Source: an uncultured Chloroflexia bacterium
GTDB lineage: Bacteria > Chloroflexota > Limnocylindria > Limnocylindrales > CSP1-4
Length of the DNA stretch: 64,000 nucleotides
Direction: 5' to 3'
NCBI GenBank assembly: GCA_963721545.1
Contig: CAVRKB010000007.1
Location: forward strand, 388,851-452,850
Within the stretch, counting starts at the first letter, position 1, and each line of letters opens with the position of its first letter. A program made the position numbers and the translations under genes. The notes under the pieces are model-generated. The model made no database searches, was not told the origin of the DNA, and worked only from the letters and a program-made list of their open reading frames with translations. Positions 20,929 to 30,723 of this stretch are shown here, piece after piece.

Positions 20929-23514
20929 TTGTCTCAGACATTCGAGACGCAATTCGGTGGTCGCACGCTGACCATCGAGACCGGCAAGCTCGCACGGCTT
21001 GCCGGCGGTGCCGTCACCGTCCGTTACGGCGACACCATGGTGCTCGGGACGGCCAACCGGTCGGACCCGCGCCCAGGCCTTGACTTCTTCCCGCTCACGG
21101 TCGAGTTCGAGGAGCGGATGTATGCCGCGGGCAAGATCCCGGGCGGCTTCATCAAGCGCGAGGCGCGCGCGTCCGAGGCGGCCACGCTGGCCGCCCGGCT
21201 CACCGACCGCCCCGTCCGCCCGCTCTTCCCCGAGGGCTACAAGGACGACATCCAGCTCGTCATCACCGTCCTCTCGACCGACCAGGAGAACGAGCCCGAC
21301 GTCCTCGGCACCGTCGCCGCGTCGGCCGCGCTGACGATCAGCGAGATCCCGTGGGCCGGCCCCGTCGGCGCCGTCCGCGTCGGCCGGATCGATGGCGAGT
21401 TCGTCGTCAACCCGACGTACAGCCAGCTCGCCGACTCGGAGCTCGACCTCGTCGTCTCCGGCACGCGCGACGCGATCATGATGGTCGAGGCGGGCGCCAA
21501 GCTCCTGCCCGAGGCGGTCATGGCCGAGGCGATCCTGTTCGGCCACCGCGCCCTGCAGCCGCTCATCGACATCCAGGAGCAGCTCCGCGAGGCGGCCGGC
21601 AAGCCCAAGAGCACGCCGTTCCTCGAGGCCGGCACGGGCTCCGTGCTTGCCTTCGCCGACGGCGTCGCCGCCGGTGACGAGTTCGTCGTCGTCGACGTCG
21701 AGACGACCGGCACCGATCCGAAGATGGCCGACCTCGTCGAGATCGCCGCGGTCAAGGTCAAGGGCGGCAAGATCACCGACCGCTGGTCGACCTTCGTCAA
21801 TCCCGGCCGGCCGATCGTCGGCAACCAGATGCACGGCATCAAGGACGCCGACGTCAAGAAGGCCCCGAGCCCGGCCGACGCCGCGCGCCAGGCCCTCGCG
21901 TTCATCGGCGACTCGAAGGTCGTCGGCCATTCGGTCGGCTTCGACCTCGGGTTCATCGAGGCCGCGCTCGCGGACGGCACCCACTTCGACTCGGGCCGCT
22001 ACCTCGACACGCTGACGATCGCCCGCGAGGGCTATCCCGACCTCGAGAACTACAAGCTCCCGACGCTGTCGCATTTCTTCGGGATCGAGCTCGCCCAGTC
22101 GCACCGGGCACTGCCCGACGCCGAGGCGACCGCCGAGCTGCTGATCTGGTTCGGCAACGACCTGCCGGGTCGCATCGCCGCCCTGCGGACCGGCATCGCC
22201 GATTCGTTCCGGGCGACCCGGACCGGTGGCGACAGCAAGGCCATCCAGGAAGCCGCCAAGCGCGAGGCGCGTGTCAGCAAGGCGCTGTTCAGCCTCATCC
22301 TCAAGAAGACCGCCCGCCAGCTCGCCCTCGACGAGGGCATCCGCATGGACGGCCGCGGCGTCACGGAGCTCCGCCAGATCTCGGTCGACGTCGGCGTCCT
22401 GCCGCGCGCCCACGGCTCCGGCCTGTTCACCCGTGGTGAGACCCAGGTGCTGACCATCGCCACGCTCGGCTCGTCCTCGGACGTCCAGCGCATCGACACG
22501 ATCAGCCCGAAGACCGAGAAGCGCTACATCCACCACTACAACTTCCCGCCGTACTCGACCGGCGAGAACAAGCCGATGCGCGGCCCCAGCCGGCGCGACA
22601 TCGGCCACGGCAACCTCGCCGAGCGGGCGCTCATCCCGGTGCTCCCGAACCACGAGGACTTCCCGTACGTCATCCGCCTCGTGTCCGAGTGCATGTCGTC
22701 CAACGGCTCGACGTCGATGGCCTCGACCTGCGGCTCGACGCTGGCGCTGATGGATGCCGGCGTGCCGATCTCGGCCCCGGTCGCCGGCGCGGCGATGGGC
22801 CTGATCAGCGAGCCGGATGGCCGCTTCGTGGTCCTGACCGACATCCTCGGCAAGGAGGACTCGGTCGGCGACATGGACTTCAAGGTGACCGGCACGCGGG
22901 ACGGCATCACCGCCCTGCAGATGGACATCAAGGTCCAGGGCATCAACGAGGCGATCATCCGTGATGGCCTCAAGCAGGCCCTGGCGGCCCGCCTCGAGAT
23001 CCTCGACAAGATGACCGAGGTCATGCCCGAGGCCCGCGGGGAGATGAGCGACTTCGCGCCGCGCATCACCACGATCAAGATCAACCCGGAGAAGATCCGC
23101 GAGATCATCGGCAAGGGCGGATCGATGATCCGCAAGATCCAGGAAGAGACCTCGACCGAGATCAACGTCGAGGACGACGGCACCGTGGAGATCGCGGCCG
23201 TGTCCGGCGAGAACGCCCGGAAGGCGATCACCTGGATCGAGAGCCTGACCCGCGAGGTCGAGATCGGCTCGCTGTACCTCGGCAAGGTCACCCGGATCAT
23301 GGGCTTCGGCGCGTTCGTCGAGATCCTGCCGGGCAAGGAAGGCCTCGTTCGCATCGGCGAGCTGGCCGACTACCACGTCCCGACGGTCGAGGACGTCGTC
23401 GCCGTCGGCGACGAGGTCATGGTCGTCGTGACCGAGGTCGACCGGCAGGGCCGGATCAACCTGTCGCGCAAGGCCGCGATGCAGCGCCACCTGGCCAAGG
23501 ATCCGGTCGCGTAG
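20929..23514 (+). CDS. pnp: Polyribonucleotide nucleotidyltransferase (PNPase) with an inserted DEDDh exonuclease domain
   Basis: Probable TTG 20929, 10 nt after AAGGAGGA (the ORF is open from 20872). PH1 (FETQFGGRTL...FFPLTVEFEERMYAAGKIPGGF), PH2 (RMDGRG...HGSGLFTRGETQVL...SNGSTSMASTC), KH (GKGGSMIRKI) and S1 (GKVTRIMGFGAFVEI) are all in one uninterrupted frame. It is ~860 codons long because of the insert at 21673-22167. Confidence 0.95.
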   Translation: MSQTFETQFGGRTLTIETGKLARLAGGAVTVRYGDTMVLGTANRSDPRPGLDFFPLTVEFEERMYAAGKIPGGFIKREARASEAATLAARLTDRPVRPLFPEGYKDDIQLVITVLSTDQENEPDVLGTVAASAALTISEIPWAGPVGAVRVGRIDGEFVVNPTYSQLADSELDLVVSGTRDAIMMVEAGAKLLPEAVMAEAILFGHRALQPLIDIQEQLREAAGKPKSTPFLEAGTGSVLAFADGVAAGDEFVVVDVETTGTDPKMADLVEIAAVKVKGGKITDRWSTFVNPGRPIVGNQMHGIKDADVKKAPSPADAARQALAFIGDSKVVGHSVGFDLGFIEAALADGTHFDSGRYLDTLTIAREGYPDLENYKLPTLSHFFGIELAQSHRALPDAEATAELLIWFGNDLPGRIAALRTGIADSFRATRTGGDSKAIQEAAKREARVSKALFSLILKKTARQLALDEGIRMDGRGVTELRQISVDVGVLPRAHGSGLFTRGETQVLTIATLGSSSDVQRIDTISPKTEKRYIHHYNFPPYSTGENKPMRGPSRRDIGHGNLAERALIPVLPNHEDFPYVIRLVSECMSSNGSTSMASTCGSTLALMDAGVPISAPVAGAAMGLISEPDGRFVVLTDILGKEDSVGDMDFKVTGTRDGITALQMDIKVQGINEAIIRDGLKQALAARLEILDKMTEVMPEARGEMSDFAPRITTIKINPEKIREIIGKGGSMIRKIQEETSTEINVEDDGTVEIAAVSGENARKAITWIESLTREVEIGSLYLGKVTRIMGFGAFVEILPGKEGLVRIGELADYHVPTVEDVVAVGDEVMVVVTEVDRQGRINLSRKAAMQRHLAKDPVA
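21673..22167 (+). other. DEDDh (DnaQ / RNase T-like) 3'-5' exonuclease domain embedded in pnp
   Basis: Exo I is FVVVDVETTG, Exo II is VVGHSVGFDLGF and Exo III is HRALPDAEATAELL, in the canonical order and spacing. PNPase all-alpha linker sequence flanks it on both sides. Confidence 0.85.
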
Positions 23515-23540
23515 GGGCAACGCTCCAGCGCGAACGCAGG

Positions 23541-23570
23541 CGAGCCGCCGGGCAACCGGCGGCTCGTTCG
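23541..23570 (+). terminator. Hairpin terminator downstream of pnp
   Basis: Perfect 11-bp stem CGAGCCGCCGG-GCAA-CCGGCGGCTCG followed by TTCGATTCC, 27 nt after the pnp stop. Confidence 0.55.
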
Positions 23571-23611
23571 ATTCCCCGGCATGCGCGCCCGCCCCGCACG
23601 GCCTCGCGCCC

Positions 23612-23621
23612 GTGCTATATT
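23612..23621 (+). promoter_or_regulatory. Extended -10-like box GTGCTATATT upstream of the ABC importer operon
   Basis: Same motif class as 2068, followed by an unusually AT-rich ~50-nt leader. Confidence 0.45.
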
Positions 23622-23674
23622 CACATCATTCAGGTCGGATTAATGAGATAACCGCACAGGGATTGGAGCGAGTC

Positions 23675-24823
23675 TTGACACGATCGGGGTGGCCGCGAGG
23701 CTTGGCAACCGTTCTCGGCATCGCCCTCGTGGCGGCGGCCTGCAGCAGCGGGTCGGGGAGCAGTCCTTCCGCCGCGTCCAGCGCCGGAACCCCGAGCACC
23801 GCCCCGGCCGGGAGCGGGGCAGTGCCGAGCGGCAGTGCCGGGGCCGGCACGCTGCCCGGACCGTTGCCGTACGACGGTCCCGTCCGCTTCGGCGTCTTCC
23901 CGAACATCACCCACGCGCCGGGCCTCGTCGCGCTCGCCGACGGCGGACCGCTGTCGGTGCTGCTGCCGTCGGCCGACATCCAGGTGAAGCCGTTCAACTC
24001 GGGCACGACCGCGGTCGAGGCGCTGTTCTCCGACGCGATCGACATCACCTACATCGGGCCCAACCCGGCGATCAACGCCTACGCGCAGTCGAAGGGCCAG
24101 GCCGTCCGGGTCATCGCCGGCTCGACCTCCGGCGGCGCATTCCTGGTGGTCAAGCCCGAGATCAACACCGCGGCGGACCTCAAGGGCAAGCACCTCGCCA
24201 CGCCGTCGCTCGGGAACACCCAGGACGTCGCGCTGCGCGCCTGGCTCAAGGCCCAGGGCCTGGCGACGGATACGGCCGGTGGCGGCGACGTGTCGATCGT
24301 GCCCCAGGAGAATGCCCAGACCCTCGAGACGTTCCAGGCCGGCACGATCGACGGCGCCTGGGTGCCCGAGCCGTGGGCGACCCGCCTGATCAAGGAGGGC
24401 GGGGCCAAGGTGCTCGTCGACGAGCGTGACCTGTGGCCCGAGGGCAAGTACGTCACGACCCACCTGCTCGTCGCCACCAAGTTCCTCGCAGGCGCATCCG
24501 GACGTCGTCGAGCGGATCGTGCTGGCCAACATCCAGGCCGTCGACAAGATCAACGGACTCGCCGGCCGAGGCGCAGGCCACGGTCAACAAGGAGATCGAG
24601 GCGTTCACCACCAAGCCGATCGGCCAGGACCTGCTGACCGCGGCCTGGGCGAACCTCACCTTCACCGTCGATCCGGTCGCCTCGTCGCTGCGGCAAGTCG
24701 GCCCAGGACGCCCAGGCGCTCGGCCTGCTCAAGGACCCGGGCGACCTGAAGGGCCTGTACGACCTGACCCTGCTCAACGGATTGCTGAAGGCGCTCGGCA
24801 GACCGGAGGTCGCGGGACTATGA
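23675..24823 (+). CDS. ABC transporter substrate-binding lipoprotein, NitT/TauT (sulfonate/nitrate/taurine) family (three +1 frame breaks near 24488, 24555, 24694)
   Basis: TTG 23675 follows GGAG. Lipobox LVAAAC, then FGVFPNITHAPGLVA...KPFNSGTTAVEALFSDAIDITYIGPNPAI..VIAGSTSGGAFLVV...LATPSLGNTQDVALRAWL. The C-terminal third is spread over three frames (FLQAHPDVVERIV.., AEAQATVNKEIEAF.., AQALGLLKDPGDLKGLYDL..). Confidence 0.85.
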
Positions 24824-25666
24824 CCTCGTTCGCGGCCACCGGCCGCCCCGCCCACGCCGTCGATCCGGCCGCCGCTGACGCGGCGGCCTCGGCGCGTGAG
24901 CCGTCCGTCCGGATCTCGCACGTGACCAAGACGTTCGGCGGCCGGGCCGGGAGCGGTCACCGCGCTGGAGGACATCTCGCTCGACGTCGGGCGCGGCGAG
25001 TTCGTGTGCCTGATCGGTGCGTCGGGCTGCGGCAAGTCGACGCTGCTCAACCTGGTCGCCGGCCTCGAGCATCCGACCAGCGGCACGGTCGAACGCGTCG
25101 GCGAGGCGTCGTTCATGTTCCAGGAGGCGGCGCTCTTCCCCTGGCTCAGCGTGGAGCGCAACGTCGAGCTGCCACTCAAGCTCCGTCACGTCCCGAAGGC
25201 CGAACGGCGTGCCCGCGTCGCCGAGCTGCTCGAGCTCGTCCAGCTCGGCGCGTTCGCCAAGCGACAACCCCACGAGCTGTCCGGCGGCATGCGCCAGCGC
25301 GCCGCGCTCGCCCGGGCGCTCGCCTACGACACCGAGGTCCTGCTGATGGACGAGCCGTTCGGGGCGCTCGACGCGATGACCCGCGACATCCTCCACGACG
25401 AGCTCGAGCGGATCTGGCAGGCGACCCAGCGGTCGATCCTGTTCGTGACCCACAACGTTCGCGAGGCGGCCCGGCTCGGTGACCGGATCGTGCTCCTGAC
25501 CAGCCGGCCCGGCCGCGTCGCCGAGGAGTTCGCGGTCGACATCCCGCGGCCCCGGCGGATCGAGGACCCCGACGTGTCGGCGCTCGCCGGGCGCGATCAC
25601 GACCCGCCTGCGCGAGGAGGTCGCCCGCCACGGCGGCGGCGGCGCCAGCGACCCGGTGCGCCGTGA
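24820..25666 (+). CDS. ABC transporter ATP-binding protein (frame breaks near 24945 and 25595; 3' end uncertain)
   Basis: ATGA overlap with the binding-protein gene. Walker A is GASGCGKST, the signature is LSGGMRQR and Walker B is LLMDEPFGALD. The tail ...ITTRLREEVARHGG sits in a different frame. Confidence 0.85.
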
Positions 25667-26515
25667 CCCGCGCGTTCGAGGTCGCCGGGCTCGACGCCCT
25701 CGAGGCGCCCGGCTTCCGGCGTCGTCGATCGGCCGGCGCGCCTGGGCGGCGACCTGGCCGAAGCTGATGGCGCTCGGCCATCGCGGTCGGCGCTGTGGCA
25801 GCTCGTCGTGTGGTCGGCCTGGCAGCCGGTCTGGGTCCTGCCGGGACCGTTCGACGTCTTCGCGCGGGTGGCCTCCGACCTCGGCCAGGCCGAGACCTGG
25901 GAGGCGGTCTGCGACGACGCTCCGCCGCGGGGTCTGGGGGTTCGGCTCGCGGTCGTCATCGGCGTCGCTGATCGGGATCCTGGTCGGCGCAGTTCGCGGT
26001 CATGCGCTCGGCGATCGGCTCGCTGATCACGGGGCTCCAGACCATGCCCTCGATCGCCTGGTTCCCGCTGGCGATCCTGCTGTTCAAGCTCACCGAGGAG
26101 GCGATCACCTTCGTGGTCATCCTCGGCGCCGCGCCGTCGATCGCCAACGGGCTGATCCACGGCATCGACCACATCCCGCCGGTCCTGACTCGCGCCGGCC
26201 GGGTGCTCGGCGCGCGCGGCATCGACGCCTACCGGCTACGTCATCCTGCCCGCCGCCATGCCGAGCTTCGTCGGCGGGCTCAAGCAGGGCTGGGCGTTCG
26301 CCTGGCGGAGCCTGCTGGCCGGCGAGCTGCTGGTGATCATCGCCAACCAGCATTCGCTCGGTCAGCTCCTGCAGTTCAACCGCGAGCTGGCCGACAGCGA
26401 GGGGCTGCTGTCGATCATGGTCATCATCCTGGCCATCGGGATCCTGCTCGATTCGCTCGTGTTCGGCACGGCCGAGCGCCGGATCCGCGAGAAGCGGGGG
26501 CTGCTCGCGCGCTGA
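25663..26515 (+). CDS. ABC transporter permease (at least 5 frame breaks; 5' end uncertain)
   Basis: Fragments in several frames join into one BPD-type permease: WPKLMAL, LWQLVVWSAWQPVWVLPGPFDVFARV, TLRRGVWGFG, MRSAIGSLITGLQTMPSIAWFPLAILLF...RAGRVLGARG, and MPSFVGGLKQGWAFAWRSLLAGELL...LDSLVFGTAERRI. Confidence 0.75.
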
Positions 26516-26520
26516 CCCGC

Positions 26521-26979
26521 TCAGTGCGAGACGAGCGCGTCCGGATCGTCGAGCAGCGCGAGGACGTCGGGTGGCAGGGTGCTCGCCACGACGTCGGCGA
26601 TCGTCACCCGCTCGAGGACGTGCCGCACGCTGACCCGGTTGGCCAGCCACACCTCGCGCAGCGCGGCAGCCGGCCCGGTGAACGCGAGCGCTTCAGGACG
26701 GACGCCACGGACGTCCGCGAGCGGGCCTTCGACGGCGCGGATGATGTCGGCGATCGAGACCGTCGACGCGGGCCTCGTCATGCTGTAGCCGCCGACGCGC
26801 CCGCGTGACGCCCGCACGAGACCGGCGCGCTTGAGGTCGACCAGGATGTTCTCGAGGAACGACAGCGAGATCGCCTGCGCCTCGGCGATCGTCTCGGCCT
26901 TCAGCGGCGTCGCCTCATCGTGCGCCGCCAGCTCGCACATGGCGCGCACCGCGTAGTCGACCTTGGCCGAGATCCTCAT
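26521..26979 (-). CDS. Rrf2-family transcriptional regulator
   Basis: From the internal ATG (26979): MRISAKVDYAVRAMCELAAH...KAETIAEAQAISLSFLENILVDLKRAGLVRASRGRVGGY. It is convergent with the ABC operon and divergent from asd. Confidence 0.85.
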   Translation of the reverse strand: MRISAKVDYAVRAMCELAAHDEATPLKAETIAEAQAISLSFLENILVDLKRAGLVRASRGRVGGYSMTRPASTVSIADIIRAVEGPLADVRGVRPEALAFTGPAAALREVWLANRVSVRHVLERVTIADVVASTLPPDVLALLDDPDALVSH

Positions 26980-27066
26980 GCCCAGATCGTACGCTGGCAC
27001 CGGTGGCGCGGTGGCTCTGCAGGACCCGCTCGCCCGATGGCCGGAAGCCCGGGTCCGAGGGGCCCG

Positions 27067-27076
27067 CTGCTATACT
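27067..27076 (+). promoter_or_regulatory. Extended -10-like box CTGCTATACT upstream of asd
   Basis: TGc-TATACT lies 48 nt upstream of ATG 27124. Confidence 0.4.
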
Positions 27077-27123
27077 CGCGCGGTGCCCGACCCTGCCAGC
27101 GGACGAGCGAGGCCGTGCCCTTC

Positions 27124-28233
27124 ATGAACCGTCAACCCCTCACCGTCGCCGTCGTCGGAGCCACCGGCGTCGTCGGCCGGACGATGATCCAGATCCTCAA
27201 CGAGCGGGAGTTCCCGGTCGGTGAGTTGCGCCTGCTCGCGTCGGGTCGCTCGGCCGGTCGAACCGTGTCGATCGACGGCCGGACCCTCGAGATCGGCGAG
27301 GCCGTGCCCGAGGCCTTCGACGGCGTCGACATCGCCCTGTTCTCGGCCGGCGCCGATGCGTCGCGGGACCTGGCACCCGCCGCGGTCGCCTGCGGCGCGA
27401 CCGTCATCGACAACTCGTCGGCGTGGCGGATGGACCCGACGATCCCGCTGGTCGTGTCGCAGGTCAATCCCGACGACCTCGAGGGCCATCCGGGCATCGT
27501 CGCCAACCCGAACTGCTCGACGATGCAGCTCGCGCCGGTGCTGATGGCGCTGCGCGACGCGGTCGGCCTCGACCGGGTCGTCGTCGACACCTACCAGTCG
27601 GTGTCGGGCACCGGTGGCCGATGCGATCGCCGAGCTGGAAGCCCAGATCCGGGCGCACGTCGCCGGCGAGGCCCCGGTCGCGACGGTCTACCCGCACCCG
27701 ATCGCGTTCAACGCGCTGCCCGAGATCGACGTCTTCCTCGACAACGGCTACACCAAGGAGGAGTGGAAGGTCGTCACCGAGAGTCGCAAGATCCTCGGCC
27801 TGCCCGACCTGCGGATCTCGTGCACGGCCGTCCGCATCCCGGTCTTCGTCAGCCACTCCGAGGCGGTCCACGTCGAGACGCGCGATCCGATCACGCCCGA
27901 TCGCGCGCGCGAGCTGTTCGCGGCCGTGCCCGGGCGTGGTCGTCGACGACGACCCGGCCGAGCATCGCTACCCGCTGGCGACCGAGGCGGCCGGTCGCGA
28001 CGAGATCTTCGTCGGCCGCGTCCGACGCGACATCTCGATCGCAGACGACCGCGGCGCTGGCCTTCTGGGTCGTGTCCGACAACCTGCGCAAGGGCGCGGC
28101 CACGAACGCGGTCGAGCTCGCCGAGGTGCTCCACGAGCGCGGCTGGATCAAGCCGGCCTCGGCGCGTGGAGCGCGGGCCTATCGCGCCTTGGGCGCCACC
28201 GACAGCCTGGACGCCCCCGAGGCCACGGCGTGA
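27124..28233 (+). CDS. asd: Aspartate-semialdehyde dehydrogenase (three +1 frame breaks near 27616, 27935, 28050)
   Basis: VAVVGATGVVGRTM...IDNSSAWRMDP.IPLVVSQVNP...IVANPNCSTMQ...YQSVSGTG. The sequence then continues in other frames: ADAIAELEAQ...EEWKVVTESRKIL...ISCTAVRIPVFVSHSEAV, then VVVDDDPAEHRYP, then FWVVSDNLRKGAATNAVELAE. Confidence 0.9.
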   Translation: MNRQPLTVAVVGATGVVGRTMIQILNEREFPVGELRLLASGRSAGRTVSIDGRTLEIGEAVPEAFDGVDIALFSAGADASRDLAPAAVACGATVIDNSSAWRMDPTIPLVVSQVNPDDLEGHPGIVANPNCSTMQLAPVLMALRDAVGLDRVVVDTYQSVSGTGGRCDRRAGSPDPGARRRRGPGRDGLPAPDRVQRAARDRRLPRQRLHQGGVEGRHRESQDPRPARPADLVHGRPHPGLRQPLRGGPRRDARSDHARSRARAVRGRARAWSSTTTRPSIATRWRPRRPVATRSSSAASDATSRSQTTAALAFWVVSDNLRKGAATNAVELAEVLHERGWIKPASARGARAYRALGATDSLDAPEATA

Positions 28234-29033
28234 TCGACGTCGAGCGCCGCGTGGCGCTCGAGGACATCGCCGCCGAGGTCCGGGTCTGCACGAACTGCCG
28301 CCTGCACGAGACCCGGACGAAGGCGGTCCCGGGCGAGGGCGACCCCGACACCGAGGTCGTGTTCGTCGGCGAGGGACCGGGCTTCAACGAGGACCGCCAG
28401 GGCCGGCCGTTCGTCGGCCGCGCCGGGGACCTCCTGGTCAAGCTGCTGGGCTCGATCGGCTGGCAGCGGCAGGACGTGTTCATCACCAACGTCGTCAAGT
28501 GCCGCCCGCCCGACAACCGCGATCCGCAGCCCGACGAGATCGCGGCCTGCGCGCCGTACCTGCGCCGCCAGCTGGCCGTGCTCGATCCGGCCGTGGTCGT
28601 CACGCTCGGCCGCTACTCGATGGCCACGTTCATGCCCGGCGCGCGGATCTCGCAGGCCCACGGCACCGTCCGGCCGGTCGATCCCGAAACCGGCGCCGCC
28701 TCCGCCCTCGTGTTCGCGATGTACCACCCGGCCGCCGCGCTGCGGACGCCCGCCATCGAGCGCGAGAGCTACGCCGACATCGCGGCGGTGCCGAGCGCCC
28801 TGATCGACGCCCGCCGCCGACGCGACGGCGCCGCCGTAGGCCCGGCGGCCGCCGTCGAACCCGAGCTGCCGGCCGTGACGGCCACGGCGGCACCGGTCGT
28901 CGAGGCCGCCGCCGTGGTCGAGGCACCGACGCCGGCCGAAGCGGTCGACATCGACGACGCGCTCGCCGCCGCCGAGCCGATGATGCCGCCGGCACCGACC
29001 GACGACGCCGCCCCGCAGCTGACGCTGTTCTGA
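28230..29033 (+). CDS. Family-4 uracil-DNA glycosylase with an Ala/Pro-rich C-terminal tail
   Basis: GTGA overlap with asd. CTNCRLHETR, VFVGEGPGFNED..GRPFVGRAG, FITNVVKCRPP.NR.P...E..AC.PYL and YHPAAALR motifs are present. Confidence 0.85.
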   Translation: MIDVERRVALEDIAAEVRVCTNCRLHETRTKAVPGEGDPDTEVVFVGEGPGFNEDRQGRPFVGRAGDLLVKLLGSIGWQRQDVFITNVVKCRPPDNRDPQPDEIAACAPYLRRQLAVLDPAVVVTLGRYSMATFMPGARISQAHGTVRPVDPETGAASALVFAMYHPAAALRTPAIERESYADIAAVPSALIDARRRRDGAAVGPAAAVEPELPAVTATAAPVVEAAAVVEAPTPAEAVDIDDALAAAEPMMPPAPTDDAAPQLTLF

Positions 29034-29035
29034 CG

Positions 29036-30721
29036 ATGGCCACCGACCGCGTCCCGACCGGCAACGACGAGCCGCTCCGGATCATCCCGCTCGGTGGGGT
29101 GGGGGAGATCGGCAAGAACATGTACGTGTTCGAGTACCGCGACGAGATCGTGGTCATCGACTGCGGGCTGATGTTCCCCGACGAGGAGATGTTCGGGATC
29201 GACCTCGTCATCCCCGACATCACCTACCTCAAGGAGCGCCGCGCCAACGTCAAGGCGTTCCTCATCACCCACGCCCACGAGGACCACGTCGGCGCGCTGC
29301 CGTACGTCCTGCCCGAGTTCCCCGGCGTCCCGGTCTACGCCTCGACCCTGGCCCGCGGCCTGCTCGGCAACAAGATCAAGGAGCACAAGCTCCACAACAA
29401 CCCGCTCGTCGCGCTGGAGCCCGGCGACGAGGTGACGATCGGCGCGTTCACGGTCATCCCGTTCCGCGTGGGCCACTCGATCCCCGACGCGATGGGGATC
29501 GCCCTGCGCACGCCGGTCGGGACCATCGTCCACACCGGCGACTTCAAGTTCGACCACACGCCGGTCGACGGCAAGCTGTCCGACTTCGCGATCCTGGCCA
29601 GGCTCGGCGAGGAGGGCGTCATCTGCCTGCTGTCCGACTCGACGCGCGCCGAGAACCCGGGCTACACGCCGTCGGAGCGGACGGTCGGCGAGGCCTTCCG
29701 CGAGATCATGGAGCCGCTCGAGGGCCGGGTCATCGTCGCGACCTTCGCCTCGAACATCGCCCGGATCCAGCAGGTCCTCGACGCGTCGGCCGAGATGGAC
29801 CGCAAGGTGGCGGTCATCGGCCGCTCGATGGAGCAGAACTTCCGGATCGCGACCGATCTCGGCTACCTGACCTACGAGCCGTCGCGGATCGTGCCCAAGG
29901 ACCGGATCAAGGACCACCCGGACGCCCAGCTCGTGATCGCCACCACCGGCGCGCAGGGCGAGCCGATGGCCGGCCTGGCCCGGATGGCCAACCGCGACCA
30001 CCGCTTCGTCGAGATCCAGCCGGGCGACACGGTCATCGTCAGCGCCAGCCCGATCCCGGGCAACGAGGAATACGTCTCGCGCACGATCGACAACCTGTTC
30101 AAGGCCGGCGCGAACGTCTACTACCACACGATCAAGCGCGCGCACGTCTCAGGTCACGCCAGCCAGGAAGAGCTCAAGCTCATGCTCGGGCTGACCAAGC
30201 CGAAGCACTTCATCCCGATCCACGGCGAGTTCCGGATGCAGGTCCAGCACGGTCGCCTCGCGATCGAGACGGGGGTCCACCCGGAGAACGTGTTCATCAT
30301 CGAGAACGGCACGCCGATCGAGTTCTACGCCGACGGCACGGCCCGGCGCGGCAGCCCGGTCACGGCGGGCTACGTGTACGTCGACGGGCTGTCGGTCGGC
30401 GAGGTCGGCGACGTCGTGCTGCGCGACCGGCGGGCACTGGCCAACGACGGCATCTTCATGATCGTCGTGACCGTCGACAAGCAGACCGGCTCGATCGTCG
30501 GCCAGCCCGAGATCATCACCCGCGGCTTCGTCCACCTCAACGAGCGCGACCCGATCATGGACGAGGCGGTCCGCCGGGTGATGCAGTCGATCGACACGCC
30601 GGGCGACCACATCAGCGAGATCGCCCTGCTCAAGACCCAGATCAAGGACGGCGTCTCGCGCTACCTGTACGAGCAGACGAAGCGGCGGCCGATGGTCTTC
30701 CCGGTCGTCGTCGAGGTCTGA
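29036..30721 (+). CDS. rnj: Ribonuclease J
   Basis: Intact 561-aa ORF from ATG 29036: LRIIPLGGVGEIGKNMYVFEY...ITHAHEDHVGALP...HTGDFKFDHTP...SDSTRAE...VSGHASQEEL.... Confidence 0.95.
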   Translation: MATDRVPTGNDEPLRIIPLGGVGEIGKNMYVFEYRDEIVVIDCGLMFPDEEMFGIDLVIPDITYLKERRANVKAFLITHAHEDHVGALPYVLPEFPGVPVYASTLARGLLGNKIKEHKLHNNPLVALEPGDEVTIGAFTVIPFRVGHSIPDAMGIALRTPVGTIVHTGDFKFDHTPVDGKLSDFAILARLGEEGVICLLSDSTRAENPGYTPSERTVGEAFREIMEPLEGRVIVATFASNIARIQQVLDASAEMDRKVAVIGRSMEQNFRIATDLGYLTYEPSRIVPKDRIKDHPDAQLVIATTGAQGEPMAGLARMANRDHRFVEIQPGDTVIVSASPIPGNEEYVSRTIDNLFKAGANVYYHTIKRAHVSGHASQEELKLMLGLTKPKHFIPIHGEFRMQVQHGRLAIETGVHPENVFIIENGTPIEFYADGTARRGSPVTAGYVYVDGLSVGEVGDVVLRDRRALANDGIFMIVVTVDKQTGSIVGQPEIITRGFVHLNERDPIMDEAVRRVMQSIDTPGDHISEIALLKTQIKDGVSRYLYEQTKRRPMVFPVVVEV

Positions 30722-30723
30722 CC

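Noticed and set aside
23612-23674. GTG 23612 as the start of the ABC substrate-binding protein, as in the ORF track.
   Set aside because: This GTG is part of the promoter-like box GTGCTATATT, and the following 60 nt are AT-rich with poor codon bias. TTG 23675, placed after GGAG and directly before the signal peptide and lipobox, is a better start.
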